Source: an uncultured archaeon
GTDB taxonomy: Archaea > Asgardarchaeota > Lokiarchaeia > Sigyniarchaeales > SOKP01
NCBI GenBank assembly: GCA_964632315.1
Contig: CAZWEM010000001.1
Location: 32,001 to 96,000 of the forward strand
Direction: 5' to 3'
Length of the DNA: 64,000 nucleotides
Positions within the stretch are counted from its first letter, which is position 1. Every line of letters starts with the position of its first letter. A model generated the notes under the pieces. It ran no database searches and was not told where the DNA came from. It saw nothing but the letters and a program-made list of their open reading frames with translations. Below, one piece after another: positions 40,308-51,577 of the stretch. The position numbers and the translations under genes are program-made.

Positions 40308-41282
40308 ATGGATTACTATCGCGTTTGTGATAATTTTAATATTAATCCCTTGATTGAAAAGTATCAGGGAAAGACACTCGAGGAACTTTTTCCAAGTCAT
40401 CAAATTATTTCAAATAGAATGGGAGAGTTCTTGGAAATAACTCACAAACCTTTAAATATCTCTTCAAATATAGATTTAACTCTCTCAAAAAGGAACCTAA
40501 TTAAAAATCTCAAAGTAGTTCCATTTATAGGAAAAGAAATCGAATCATTCCTTAAAAAGAGGGGTATAAACACTTTATATGATTTAAGACACGTTATTAG
40601 ATATGGAAAATATGCAAAGAAAATAATCGATTTAGTCAAGGACCAAGACTTTAAAGGACTTTCAAATAACCAATATGTTTATGACATTGACATTAGCTTC
40701 TGTTTTAATTTAAGCGAGCTTTTATTTCTTGATATTGAAACATTAGATCTTTATGATAGTCCGATAATTATTTTTGGGTATGGATACTTTGAAAACTCCT
40801 CTTTTTATATCAAAATATTATTTGCAAGGGAAATAAGCGAAGAAATAGCTATATGTGAACATCTAAAGAACGAAATTCTTCCCAGGTTTAGATGTTTCAT
40901 CACTTACAATGGTAAGTCTTTTGATATACCATATTTAGCCAATAGATTTATGTATTATTTTGATTCTAACCCAATGATAAGTAAAGATGACACGCCTTAT
41001 GAATCTCTCAATACACTTTATCACCATATTGACCTATATCATAATTGTCGGAGAAAATTTAAAGGATTATTTTATAATTACACGCTTACAGATATGGAAA
41101 AACTAATTTTAGATTTTCAACGAGATCACGACGTACCAAGTAATTTAATTGGTTTTTGTTATAGGAATTATCTCAAAAACCCCTATCGCTATATTGGTCC
41201 TGTTAAAGAATGTATAGAACATAATTATTATGATATCTATTCCATGCCTTTAATACTCAATAAACTGCTAAATCTTGAATAA
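40308..41282 (+). CDS. YprB-like RNase H-fold (DEDD) exonuclease
   Basis: FLDIET, ITYNGKSFDIPYL, HIDLYH, HNYYD. Confidence 0.85.
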   Translation: MDYYRVCDNFNINPLIEKYQGKTLEELFPSHQIISNRMGEFLEITHKPLNISSNIDLTLSKRNLIKNLKVVPFIGKEIESFLKKRGINTLYDLRHVIRYGKYAKKIIDLVKDQDFKGLSNNQYVYDIDISFCFNLSELLFLDIETLDLYDSPIIIFGYGYFENSSFYIKILFAREISEEIAICEHLKNEILPRFRCFITYNGKSFDIPYLANRFMYYFDSNPMISKDDTPYESLNTLYHHIDLYHNCRRKFKGLFYNYTLTDMEKLILDFQRDHDVPSNLIGFCYRNYLKNPYRYIGPVKECIEHNYYDIYSMPLILNKLLNLE

Positions 41283-41335
41283 TTATTGCTATTGAAAATT
41301 AAGAAATCTTAATTTAATTAAAATCATTTAGAAAG

Positions 41336-43027
41336 GTGATGACGAAAGTGGATTTAGAGAGGAAGTTATTTGATGGCACTTGGAATTATATGCATCGAGA
41401 AAGTACAATCAGGCAACTACAGAAAAACAAATATGATATTTTAGTCATAGGAGCAGGAATAACGGGAGCTGGAGTTGCTCGAGAAGGAACAATGAGAGGT
41501 TTAAAAGTAGCTATAATTGATGAGCAAGACTTTGCTGGAGGCACATCATCGAGAAGCTCCAAATTAGCTCACGGAGGAATTAGATATCTTGCACATGGTG
41601 ATATGGATTTAGTAAAAGAGGCTACTCATGAGCGCAATTGGATGAGAGTACATATCCCTCATTTGATAAGACCAATCCCCTTTTTATTCGTTCATATAGA
41701 AGGTGGGAAATACAAAAAACGGGATATTATCGGTGCTGTTAAAATTTATGATTTCCTAAGTGATAATGATTCTGATTTCAAAACGTATAAAAAGTATAAG
41801 TGGTATAAACCTGAGGAAATAATTGAAATGGAACCCGAATATATTCGGGAGGGAAATTTAGGAGGTGCGGTTTATTGGGATAATAATGTCGATGATGCTA
41901 GGTTGACTATTGAAACAATCAAGGAAGCTGTTGTAAGAGGGGCTGATGCATTAAATTATTGTAAAGCAATCAATTATAAAAAATCTAATGGCAAAATAAC
42001 GGGAATAGAATGTATCGATATGGAAAAAGAGCTAAAGTTTAATATTCAAGCAAGTTTAGTTGTTAATGCTACTGGAATATGGACTGATCAACTTTTAGAA
42101 GACTATCCTGATGAAATTCCCAAACCTTTGATCAGACCAACAAAAGGGGTTCATTTAACCTTTAAAAAAGAGCATGTTAAAAATAATATGGCCACAATAA
42201 TACGATCTATCTCTGATGATAGAGCATTTTTTGTTTTACCTCGTGACGAAAAATATACCCTTATCGGAACTACTGATACTGATTATAAGGGTGATTTAGC
42301 AAATCCTTATTGTACAAAAGAGGATGCTGATTATTTAATTCAATCTGTACAATATTACTTTCCGAATGCAGAATTAGATTATCATAATATTTTATCTACA
42401 TATGCTGGAATTCGTCCCTTAGTTATGCAGAAAGGAAAATCAGAGAGTGAAGTTTCAAGAAAACATGTAGTTTTCTTTTCTGATGATGGATTATTAACAA
42501 TTACGGGTGGAAAATTAACTGAATGGAGAGCGATGGCTGAAGATTTATTTAAGAAGATAGTAGAAAGAAATTTGTTCTCAGGAATACAAAGAGATGAACA
42601 TTTTTCGCGTCAGATGTTTTTAATTGCAATTGATAGAGATGATTGGAATTCTAAAATTAATGCTCTAAATATAGAAGTAGATCCAGATATTTTAAATCAT
42701 TTATATCACCAATATGGGAAAGGAGCGATTGAATTATTGAAATTGATAAAAAATCAACCCGAATTAGCTAAAAGAATCTTGGATGAAAATTATTTTATTA
42801 AAGCAGAAATTCAATACATTTTAAGAAATGAGCCTACCCCGCATTTAATTGATGTTTTCTGCAGAAGAACCGAAATGGCATTATGGATTCATCATAATAA
42901 TGCTTACCAAGCGGCATTAGTTGTTTCTGAATTAATGGCTAAAGAATATTCTTGGGATGATGAAAAACGAAATAAAGAGATTAAAGACTATATTGATTAT
43001 GTAGAAAAAACAGTGTCTTTCGTCTAA
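41336..43027 (+). CDS. glpD: FAD-dependent glycerol-3-phosphate dehydrogenase/oxidase
   Basis: IGAGITGAG, GTSSRSSKL.HGG.RYL, DDARL, IGTTD, AGIRPL, GGKLT. Confidence 0.9.
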   Translation: MMTKVDLERKLFDGTWNYMHRESTIRQLQKNKYDILVIGAGITGAGVAREGTMRGLKVAIIDEQDFAGGTSSRSSKLAHGGIRYLAHGDMDLVKEATHERNWMRVHIPHLIRPIPFLFVHIEGGKYKKRDIIGAVKIYDFLSDNDSDFKTYKKYKWYKPEEIIEMEPEYIREGNLGGAVYWDNNVDDARLTIETIKEAVVRGADALNYCKAINYKKSNGKITGIECIDMEKELKFNIQASLVVNATGIWTDQLLEDYPDEIPKPLIRPTKGVHLTFKKEHVKNNMATIIRSISDDRAFFVLPRDEKYTLIGTTDTDYKGDLANPYCTKEDADYLIQSVQYYFPNAELDYHNILSTYAGIRPLVMQKGKSESEVSRKHVVFFSDDGLLTITGGKLTEWRAMAEDLFKKIVERNLFSGIQRDEHFSRQMFLIAIDRDDWNSKINALNIEVDPDILNHLYHQYGKGAIELLKLIKNQPELAKRILDENYFIKAEIQYILRNEPTPHLIDVFCRRTEMALWIHHNNAYQAALVVSELMAKEYSWDDEKRNKEIKDYIDYVEKTVSFV

Positions 43028-43096
43028 AGTTGATTATGCATTGATTTTTTTATAACATGACATTATAAAAATTGGACTTCCATAATTTATTATATA

Positions 43097-43822
43097 TTGG
43101 TTACGATATTTATCATAACCAATTTCCATAAATATTTTGGAGGAAAAAAAATGATATATCAATTTGATTTTACAGAATCGTTTTTAAGACCTCTAGCAGA
43201 ATATGCTGGATTTTTTGTATTATTATTAGGGGTAATCTGGTTCATATACGCTTTTTATGAAGCAAAAAGACGAGGCTCATTTAAAGAAAGGAAAGTAGAA
43301 GACTGGGACTTTAAAATCACTAAATTTCTCAAAGCTTTAACCTTTCTTGGATTTGTTGTTGGAATTTTCGCTATTATGAGTGGTGTTGGAGGTTTAATTT
43401 TGAATCAACCACCAAGCGTAGCTTATGCTAATGTTACTCAAGACGCTGCGAGTAAATTTACTTCAATATTTCTAATCATAATGGGACTTTTAACATTTCT
43501 TAAACCAGTAAACGATCTGCCTTTTGCAAGTGTTTTGGGTTTACTAGTCGCAGCAGTTGTCGTCGTTATCGTTTCTTTATCTATACCTCAACAAGTTGTA
43601 GAAGTAATAGCTGTGTTTATTGATCCAAGATTAGTTCTGATAATATTATTCATAATCGTGTTTGCTATCATCGCATTGACAGTTAAGTTCTATATTGGAG
43701 GGTTAATGAAACTTTCGAAAGTAATCTCTTGGCCCCCCTTAGCGTTGATTGTAGCAGTATTTTGCCTAATACAAGGATTCCTTCTTTTAGTGGTCGGTGT
43801 GTCTATAACTGGATTATTTTAA
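43097..43822 (+). CDS. Multi-pass membrane protein (likely start 43151)
   Basis: About 6 hydrophobic helices. Confidence 0.7.
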   Translation: MVTIFIITNFHKYFGGKKMIYQFDFTESFLRPLAEYAGFFVLLLGVIWFIYAFYEAKRRGSFKERKVEDWDFKITKFLKALTFLGFVVGIFAIMSGVGGLILNQPPSVAYANVTQDAASKFTSIFLIIMGLLTFLKPVNDLPFASVLGLLVAAVVVVIVSLSIPQQVVEVIAVFIDPRLVLIILFIIVFAIIALTVKFYIGGLMKLSKVISWPPLALIVAVFCLIQGFLLLVVGVSITGLF

Positions 43823-43970
43823 ATTTTTTATTTTTTAATTTACTTCTATAAACTTTTCGCAAATTAGGTTAAGTTTAGATCATGATTCTCAAGAAACTTT
43901 AGGAATTTTATTGGAATTAATAATATTAAATTTCTATGTTAATTATGATTCCACATAGATTGAATTTTCC

Positions 43971-45083
43971 TTAAAATATGTTAAATCTATAAGAATGTTT
44001 TAAATTAATCTCTCCAATAATATCTTGACTTAAATCATACCCACAATTAGAACATGTTTTTTGATCTGAAATACCCAGCTTTGACAAACTATAACCACTT
44101 CTTTTAATTATTAAATGATTACAATTTGGGCAGTAAGTGTTGCTCCCTTTATCATGAGGAAGATTACCAACATAAACATAATGCAAACCATAACTTTGAG
44201 CAACTTTATATGCCAGATCGAGAGTTTCTAATGGAGTACGTTTCATTGAGGGCATTTTAAAATCGGGATGGTAAGCTGAGAAATGAAGCGGAGTGTTTGG
44301 TCCCAAATTGTCAGCAATCCACTTTGAAAGACTCTCAAAGTCATTTTTACTATCATTTCGGTCAGGAATGACTAAATTGGTAATTTCAACATGGATTCCA
44401 TTTTCCTTAAATGATTTTGCAGTTTCAAGAACTGGCTCGACAGAAGGTACTCCACATATTTTTTTATAAAAATCGTTTGACATTGATTTTATATCAATGT
44501 TTGCAGCATCAATCCCTACTTCAATTAATTCCTTTGATGCTTCTGGAGTGGAATATCCATTAGTAACTAAAATTGTCTTAATCCCTTCTTTCTTGAGAAG
44601 TTTAGTAGTATCTAAAATCCATTCATGCCAAATTAAAGGTTCGTTATAGGTATATGCCAAAGTTTTTGCTTGACTCTTTTTAACAATGTTAACTAATTTT
44701 TCTGGAGTCATTTCTATTAAATGTACTTGTCTGCCTTCTAATCCTTCAAGTTCATAGTAACCATTTTTTCCATCTTCAGTAGGATTAGCTTGACTAATTG
44801 ACCAATTCTGACAATTTTGACAGCGAAATGAACATCCAATAGAAGCGATTGAATATGCTATAGCTCCAGGCCAGAAGTTATATAGCGGCTTTTTTTCAAT
44901 TGGATCTAAACTCCCTCTTGATATCAGAGAGCCATAAATTAATGAGAATAATGTTCCCTTTTCGTTTTTCCTTGTCCGACAAATTCCCAACTTACTTGGT
45001 AATATTATACATTGATTACCACATACATTACATTGAACTTTTTGTTCATCTAGACTTTTCCACAATCTTGCTTTAACTTTCAT
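43971..45083 (-). CDS. AmmeMemoRadiSam system radical SAM enzyme
   Basis: C..C...C, DPIEKKPL, CSFRCQNCQNW, YTYNEP, PLHF, YVYVGN, CPNC. Confidence 0.92.
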   Translation of the reverse strand: MKVKARLWKSLDEQKVQCNVCGNQCIILPSKLGICRTRKNEKGTLFSLIYGSLISRGSLDPIEKKPLYNFWPGAIAYSIASIGCSFRCQNCQNWSISQANPTEDGKNGYYELEGLEGRQVHLIEMTPEKLVNIVKKSQAKTLAYTYNEPLIWHEWILDTTKLLKKEGIKTILVTNGYSTPEASKELIEVGIDAANIDIKSMSNDFYKKICGVPSVEPVLETAKSFKENGIHVEITNLVIPDRNDSKNDFESLSKWIADNLGPNTPLHFSAYHPDFKMPSMKRTPLETLDLAYKVAQSYGLHYVYVGNLPHDKGSNTYCPNCNHLIIKRSGYSLSKLGISDQKTCSNCGYDLSQDIIGEINLKHSYRFNIF

Positions 45084-45232
45084 TTTTAAAATTACTTAGG
45101 ATTTACTTAATTATTAAAAGATGAGAATTTTTATAATTTTTAACTTTGATACAAATATAAATAATCTCTTAATAATAAAGTGATTAATCTATTTACATCG
45201 AAAAAGATGAAGAATCAAGCAAAGAAGAACTG

Positions 45233-46102
45233 TTGAATTTAATTAAACAATCTAAAGAAAGACTTGATGATTTAGAGAAAATAGGAAAAAATTCAGAATA
45301 CATTAAAGAATTAAGCAATTTGGCTCTACTACAAATAGAAAACGACGAATTTGAGGCATCTAAAGATAATTTATTAATTTGCTTAAAACATTTTAAAAAA
45401 CAACATGATAGACTTGGAAAAGCAGCAGTATATGGTTTATTGGGAACTCTCTATTTCAAGAGTGAATTGTATGAAGAATCTATTAAAAATTATGAATATG
45501 CCAAAGAAATCTATACTGAACTCAATCAACCTGGGGAACTAATCACTTGTTTGAAAGGTATAGGTAACTCTTTAATTAAGTTAAATAGATTAGAAGAAGC
45601 TTCTGATACTTTCTTTAAATGTACTGCCATCTGCTCAGATCATAATGACTTGTATAATTTTTTAGATTGTATCGGGAATTTAATCACAATTTATGAAGAC
45701 CTAGACGATTGGGATGTAGTATACCAATTATATCAAAAAAGCCTTGAAGCATTTACAAAACTGAAAGATTATAAGGGAATGATCGTGACTAATTTCAATT
45801 TAGGTATTATTAAAAAAAAGAATGGAGAGTATGATAATGCTTTAAATTATTTTAAAAGTGGCACTAACATAGCAATTGATTCAAATTTTGCTGAATTCAT
45901 TGTAAGGGGATTGAGTTATGTAGCAGAATCTCTATTTTATCAAGGAAAAATGAATGAATCTAAAAAGCAATACCTTCGAGCCTTAAAAGTAGCGCGAAAA
46001 GTTAAGATGGATAATGCAATCATACAACTTCGATTACTTCTAAATTCATTTGGTTTAAATGAAAATGATATTGAAAAACAATTAGAAAGTTTAAGAAATT
46101 AA
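45233..46102 (+). CDS. TPR repeat protein
   Basis: Repeated LG..Y.......A...Y..A helices. Confidence 0.8.
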   Translation: MNLIKQSKERLDDLEKIGKNSEYIKELSNLALLQIENDEFEASKDNLLICLKHFKKQHDRLGKAAVYGLLGTLYFKSELYEESIKNYEYAKEIYTELNQPGELITCLKGIGNSLIKLNRLEEASDTFFKCTAICSDHNDLYNFLDCIGNLITIYEDLDDWDVVYQLYQKSLEAFTKLKDYKGMIVTNFNLGIIKKKNGEYDNALNYFKSGTNIAIDSNFAEFIVRGLSYVAESLFYQGKMNESKKQYLRALKVARKVKMDNAIIQLRLLLNSFGLNENDIEKQLESLRN

Positions 46103-46176
46103 GTGAAAGACATTCATAATTAATTTTAAATGAGCAAAGTCTTATTTATTTTATAAACCTTCTAAAATTGTTTTGA

Positions 46177-47607
46177 ATGATATATTGTCCCTATTGTAAA
46201 CGAGAGATAGAGAAAGACTGGAGTTATTGCCATCATTGCAATAAACCATTAATCACTGATATTGATCGAGATTTAAATAAAAAACTCTCACAATCTTATT
46301 CTAACACTTCTTTTTACATTCCTGACCCCCTTGAAGAAGAGATTGACTTTAACATTGATATTATTCATAATGAGGAACTAGAAAAAAAATTACGTGAAAT
46401 TGAAGAAGCCCTTCTTGAAAGAGAAAGAGTGGGTGAGAAGGTTGGAGATTTATTGTTAGAAAAAGCGAGTATTTATTTTAAAAAACGAGATTTCGACGCT
46501 TCTTTAAAAAATCTTGAATATGCTTTGAAGAACTTTCAAGAGGAGGATGATTTTATGAAAATCTCAATTTGTCATAATGAAATGGGATTATTATATGAAG
46601 AGAGAGGATTCTTTGATCAAGCAATATATCATTTTGATGAGGCTTTTGAAATTTTAACTCGTCTTGGAGAGATTCAAAAAGTGGTGCAAGTATTAAATAA
46701 TCTAGGGAATGTATATTATTTAATCAAAGACTTACAGGAAGCATATAATAAATATCAAAAAGCTTTAGAATTATCAGAACAACACAAACTTGATTATGAA
46801 GTAGCAAAATCGTCCAGCAATCTTGTCGAAATTTTATTTAATTTTAAGGAGTATGATAGAATTCAAAGAATTTTGAAAAATAATCTTACTTTTTTCAAAG
46901 AACACGAAGATATATACGGTATTATTCAAACTCGAATAAAATGTGGAAAATTATATTATCTTTTTGGAAAAAATTATTACGAGCAATCATATCAGAATTT
47001 TATAGACGTTATCGATTTAATAAGCATGGTAAGAGCACAAATATCGATATACATAAAAGCAAGATTAGAATGGGAATGCTACCTATATCTAGGAAAATTG
47101 AATTTATTATGGAATAATGACTCGGAAGCAGAGGATTTTCTCTTGAAAAGTTTGGAAGCAGTGAGAACCTTTGAAATCACTGATAATGTTAAGGAGGGAA
47201 TTGTTTTAGAGAATATAGGAAATATGTATACATTAAGAGGAGAAGACCAAAAAGCAATAGAATATTATAATTTTGCAAGAGAGATTTATGAAAAATTTGG
47301 AGACCACCAAAAAGTAGCAGAAATGTTCTCTTCAATAGGAAAAATAAATCAGGAATATCTTCAAAATTATAGTGAATCAATCAAATCTCATAATAATGCC
47401 TTGAAAATTTATGAAGAATTGGAAGATTATCAAAATGCTGCTGAAGAATTAGAACTAGTATGTGATATTTTTTTAATAAAAAATAAACGAAATAAAGCTT
47501 TAGAAAACTTAGAACAAGCAAAATCTTATTACAAAAGACTCCATAATCAAGTAAAATTAGACTTAATTGAGGAAAAATTAAGGATGTTGAAGGACGACTC
47601 AAGTTAA
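46177..47607 (+). CDS. Zinc-ribbon + TPR repeat protein
   Basis: CPYC..CHHC; repeated NNLGNVY.......A...YQKAL. Confidence 0.85.
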   Translation: MIYCPYCKREIEKDWSYCHHCNKPLITDIDRDLNKKLSQSYSNTSFYIPDPLEEEIDFNIDIIHNEELEKKLREIEEALLERERVGEKVGDLLLEKASIYFKKRDFDASLKNLEYALKNFQEEDDFMKISICHNEMGLLYEERGFFDQAIYHFDEAFEILTRLGEIQKVVQVLNNLGNVYYLIKDLQEAYNKYQKALELSEQHKLDYEVAKSSSNLVEILFNFKEYDRIQRILKNNLTFFKEHEDIYGIIQTRIKCGKLYYLFGKNYYEQSYQNFIDVIDLISMVRAQISIYIKARLEWECYLYLGKLNLLWNNDSEAEDFLLKSLEAVRTFEITDNVKEGIVLENIGNMYTLRGEDQKAIEYYNFAREIYEKFGDHQKVAEMFSSIGKINQEYLQNYSESIKSHNNALKIYEELEDYQNAAEELELVCDIFLIKNKRNKALENLEQAKSYYKRLHNQVKLDLIEEKLRMLKDDSS

Positions 47608-48248
47608 TCGAGCTGAAAATCTTCACTCTTGTATACTTTTTCTCCAAATTCTTCAAAACCTAATGAAACAATGAAATCGTGAGAAACCTTATTTTCATGA
47701 TATACCTCACATCTCAATTCCTTAACTCCAAGGTCTTTGAAATGATTCCAAGCTGCCATACCTAAAACCGTTCCTAATCCTTTTCGTTGGAACCTTGGAA
47801 TCACTCCTAAGCCCGCAATAACTCCATATTCATTATTAGACCCCTCTAAGTCAAGAATAATAAAACCAGCATCAATTCCATATACCCTCGCAATTAGAAT
47901 TTTCGTTTCAGGATATTCTAAAATTTTCTTTAATGTGTCAATTGAGAGTGGACTAAAAGGAGTAGAAGATGTCATCCAGCTACGATTGTACATGTACGCT
48001 ACCGATTCAAGGTCTTCTTTGATGGCATCTCGTATTTTTGCCTTAAGAATATTCCTTTCAACTTTTTTTGTTATTTGAGTTTCAAATTCTTCAGTAATCT
48101 TTTCAACGGGTAACTTCAATTGAATATATTTCATTCCAGAGGTGAGGATTGCATTTTCGACATCATCTGTTGTTTTTTGTGTTTTATCAAATGTTAAAAA
48201 TAAACTTCTAATGGCTCTATGTTTAAAACTTGGTCTTAAATCTGGCAT
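47604..48248 (-). CDS. GNAT acetyltransferase
   Basis: GLGVIPRFQRKGLG, N..S..F..SLGF. Confidence 0.88.
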   Translation of the reverse strand: MPDLRPSFKHRAIRSLFLTFDKTQKTTDDVENAILTSGMKYIQLKLPVEKITEEFETQITKKVERNILKAKIRDAIKEDLESVAYMYNRSWMTSSTPFSPLSIDTLKKILEYPETKILIARVYGIDAGFIILDLEGSNNEYGVIAGLGVIPRFQRKGLGTVLGMAAWNHFKDLGVKELRCEVYHENKVSHDFIVSLGFEEFGEKVYKSEDFQLD

Positions 48249-48298
48249 AAAATGGAACCTATTTTTAATTTCTTAATTAAATAAATTCTCGAAATATT

Positions 48299-48967
48299 TT
48301 AATGTTCATTAATATGAAAATCTTCTTTTCGATAAATTTTTTCTCCAAATTCTTCGAATTGTAAGCCTTTTATGAAATTATAGGAAACTTTGTTATCTTT
48401 GTAAACTTCACATCTAAGTTCTTTAATTCCTTTTTCTTTCAAATAGCTCCATGCAGCTAAACCTAAAATGGTCCCTAAACCTTTTCTCTGATATCTGGGT
48501 AAGACTCCTAGACCTGCAATGACTCCATATTCATTATTATCACCCTCAAAATCAATGATTAAAAATGCACCATCAATTCCATATACTCTAGCAATTAAAA
48601 AAGTAGTGTTTGGATCATTAAAAATGGTTTTTAGAGTACTTTTTTCTATTGGTCTAAAAGGCGTATTTGATGTTAACCATGATTTATTATAAATTTCTTT
48701 GACTATTTCTAGATCCTTTTCATTTGCAACTCTTATGTTGGCTTGGTATATATTAGCTTCTACTTTATCTTTTACATTTTTTTCAAATTGCTCAGTGATT
48801 TTATCAACAGGAAGTCTCATTTGAATATAGACCATCCCATCTAATACTTTTTTATCTACTTCTGTATTTATAGCATCCTTATGCTTTTCAAGATATAAAA
48901 AAAGTGATCTTAATGTCTTTCTTTTTAAATTTAATGATTTTTTCAAATCAATATTCTTACCACACAT
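48299..48967 (-). CDS. GNAT acetyltransferase (tandem paralogue)
   Basis: GLGVLPRYQRKGLG; long identical blocks with its neighbour. Confidence 0.88.
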   Translation of the reverse strand: MCGKNIDLKKSLNLKRKTLRSLFLYLEKHKDAINTEVDKKVLDGMVYIQMRLPVDKITEQFEKNVKDKVEANIYQANIRVANEKDLEIVKEIYNKSWLTSNTPFRPIEKSTLKTIFNDPNTTFLIARVYGIDGAFLIIDFEGDNNEYGVIAGLGVLPRYQRKGLGTILGLAAWSYLKEKGIKELRCEVYKDNKVSYNFIKGLQFEEFGEKIYRKEDFHINEH

Positions 48968-48985
48968 AATTTAAGGGTTTTAATT

Positions 48986-50623
48986 TTAAAAATTTAGATT
49001 TTGGCGAATTAATTTTTCCATATCATCATTTAATATTAATTTATTTCTTAAAATGGAAATTCCTTGTTGAATTCTCTTATCGAAATTTTTTTCTCGAATT
49101 AAATTTTTATTTTCACATGAAAATTCAAAATTTGAGCGGAGAGCCATATCATCTTCCAATAATTCATTTAAATGATTTCTAAGGTTAATTATTTCTTCGG
49201 AGAGTTCCCTATATATGTTATTTGGGTCTTGAGAAATATTTCCAGGGAAAATGAATCTGATTTTTTCTTCCATGGATTCTTGATCTTCCACGATCATCGC
49301 ATATATTGGCATATAAATCCACTGAATTGGTCTAGAAAATATTTCTGCTCGATTATCGTTCAATGACCAGTTAATAAGATCTTTTGCATCTTGTAAACAT
49401 TTCCCTTGCTTTGTACTAATAAAAATTTTACTTTGGTTAAACAATTCTTCAATCTTGTTTTTCAAATTGGTTATTTCAGCTATTTTTTCTTGTTTTTCCA
49501 TTTCAAATTGAGTTAAATGGGTATTTCTATCTTTTAATTGCGTATCTAAAGTACTCGTAAAACGTGTTAACTGTTCTATTGCGTCGGAATCAATTATTGA
49601 ACCACGTTCCTTTAATTCAACATACTTTTTAGTTAAATTTGTTACTGATTCAATAAAATTTTTTCCTTCTTTTAATAAGAAAGCAAAATGATTTTCAAAG
49701 TTCGTTAAAACATCTTCAAAAATCCTACTTTTTAAAGAATCACTTTGAGTGTAAAATTTGTTTTTCTTTAACATTTCTTCAAGTTGTCTTTCTACAGTTT
49801 TAAACAAGACAGAGATGCTTTCAATGATTTTTTTTTTCTCATCCACTTTCCATTGATCTATCCTATCTCTCTCTAAATCTAACTTCTCTCGAACTTGAGT
49901 ATCATCAATTGCTTGACTGGTTTTATTTATTTGTGATGAGTAACGAGTTTCAATATCTTTAAGTTGAACATTGAGATCTATTAACCACCTATCAACTTCT
50001 TTACTTATTAATTCAACCTGATTTTGCCACCTAAGCGCGTTTCCTTTCAAGTATTCAATTATCTTACGGTACTTATCAGCAATTTCTAAAGCTACTTCTG
50101 TAGATAACTTAGAATCTAAAGGTTGGAACTGATTTATAGATCGATATTCTATAAGAGGGAGTAATTTAGCAAGAGTTTGAAGAAATGTAGGATTTACCAA
50201 GCCTTCAATAATAATTTTTTGATATTCAGATTCTTCACCATCTCCAATTTCTTGAGCGTCAATGTCTTTATAACTTAGGATTTCATTAATTTTTGTCAAC
50301 TGGTCTATTTTAGATCGATTTTCTATATTTCTAAGTAAATGTCCAATTAAGGGCTGTCTTGGAGGATTAGTGATTTTACCTTGTTTAGAAAAGACTGATA
50401 AACCATCAATTATAATATGAGTACTAATCACTCCCTGAATTGTTAAAAAGGGCCACAATAGATTTGAAAAGCTTAAAATCTTTTCTGTTTCTTTTTTTTG
50501 TTTCGATAATAGATAAAATGCAAGAGCCAGCTCATCATTTTCATTTATTGGTGGAATTTGTGAAGTTGCATTAAATAAGGGTAGAACATATTGATTTCCA
50601 TGAATAGACAATTTTCGATTCAC
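48986..50623 (-). CDS. Hypothetical long coiled-coil protein
   Basis: 545-aa ORF with an E/K/Q/L-rich heptad centre and globular ends. Confidence 0.7.
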   Translation of the reverse strand: MNRKLSIHGNQYVLPLFNATSQIPPINENDELALAFYLLSKQKKETEKILSFSNLLWPFLTIQGVISTHIIIDGLSVFSKQGKITNPPRQPLIGHLLRNIENRSKIDQLTKINEILSYKDIDAQEIGDGEESEYQKIIIEGLVNPTFLQTLAKLLPLIEYRSINQFQPLDSKLSTEVALEIADKYRKIIEYLKGNALRWQNQVELISKEVDRWLIDLNVQLKDIETRYSSQINKTSQAIDDTQVREKLDLERDRIDQWKVDEKKKIIESISVLFKTVERQLEEMLKKNKFYTQSDSLKSRIFEDVLTNFENHFAFLLKEGKNFIESVTNLTKKYVELKERGSIIDSDAIEQLTRFTSTLDTQLKDRNTHLTQFEMEKQEKIAEITNLKNKIEELFNQSKIFISTKQGKCLQDAKDLINWSLNDNRAEIFSRPIQWIYMPIYAMIVEDQESMEEKIRFIFPGNISQDPNNIYRELSEEIINLRNHLNELLEDDMALRSNFEFSCENKNLIREKNFDKRIQQGISILRNKLILNDDMEKLIRQNLNF

Positions 50624-50719
50624 TCACTGATTATTTTATTTAATTCATCGCTTGTATTTTAATAATATATTCCTAAAATTTTTATTTATTTTTATTGTAA
50701 ACAGAAAAAAGAATGGTCA

Positions 50720-51577
50720 TTATCTTAATTGCTCATAATTATTCGCGATTACTATTATGAGCAATGATAATAAAATGAGAAGAGGAGGGGCAACTGCACT
50801 AACATGAGCCCATCCTAAACTACCAAATATTCCATCAAGAATTCTTCCTAAGAAATAGATCAAAAATCCAATCGCATTTAAAGCGTAAGATCGTCTTAAC
50901 ACTCCAAATGTTCTTGTTGCCAAATAAATGTATAAAAATGGTATGATAGCAACAAATATTGGTAAAAGAACAAAATTTAGAAGTGCTCTACCGACTGGAT
51001 ATCCAAAGATTGTGATAAATAACGAAGGATCTACACCATAATCATCAGCAAACTTAGGATCCATGAAAAGAGCATCCGGTAGAAAAAGAGCAGCGATAGC
51101 TATAAGTATCGGAATAATAATCAATAAAGATTTTAATGAAATTCTAACAAACTTATTTTTTAGTAAAATCTGGATGTTACCTTTAAATCCACTAGCCTTT
51201 ACTGCAGGGACATCAGTTAATGGAGGAAATATGAGAATCCCTAATACTCCCATGAGGCATGCAATTCCAAGCCATGTCGAAAAAGTTGCGAGACGATAAT
51301 AAATCATTAGAATATTAACAATTTGTAGTGGTGGCAAATCCAATTCTGGGGCATAGAAATAATACACAATGAAGAAAAATCTGCCAATAGCTAAAAATAA
51401 GAATAGAAACGAGAAGTATAACCAATAAAACCTCTTCGAAGTACGATATCTCATTAAAAGAAAGTAGAAAAATATAAGAACGAGATAACCTACAACTATG
51501 TAATATAACCCCGATTCGATAGCTGACCAAATATCGAAATTTTCGAAATAATCTTGAAGTAACATGATATTGACCAA
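50720..51577 (-). CDS. About 7-TM membrane protein
   Basis: Seven hydrophobic segments; FLFLAIGRFFF resembles FFLGIAFMRLFF in 9144-10250. Confidence 0.7.
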   Translation of the reverse strand: MVNIMLLQDYFENFDIWSAIESGLYYIVVGYLVLIFFYFLLMRYRTSKRFYWLYFSFLFLFLAIGRFFFIVYYFYAPELDLPPLQIVNILMIYYRLATFSTWLGIACLMGVLGILIFPPLTDVPAVKASGFKGNIQILLKNKFVRISLKSLLIIIPILIAIAALFLPDALFMDPKFADDYGVDPSLFITIFGYPVGRALLNFVLLPIFVAIIPFLYIYLATRTFGVLRRSYALNAIGFLIYFLGRILDGIFGSLGWAHVSAVAPPLLILLSLLIIVIANNYEQLR

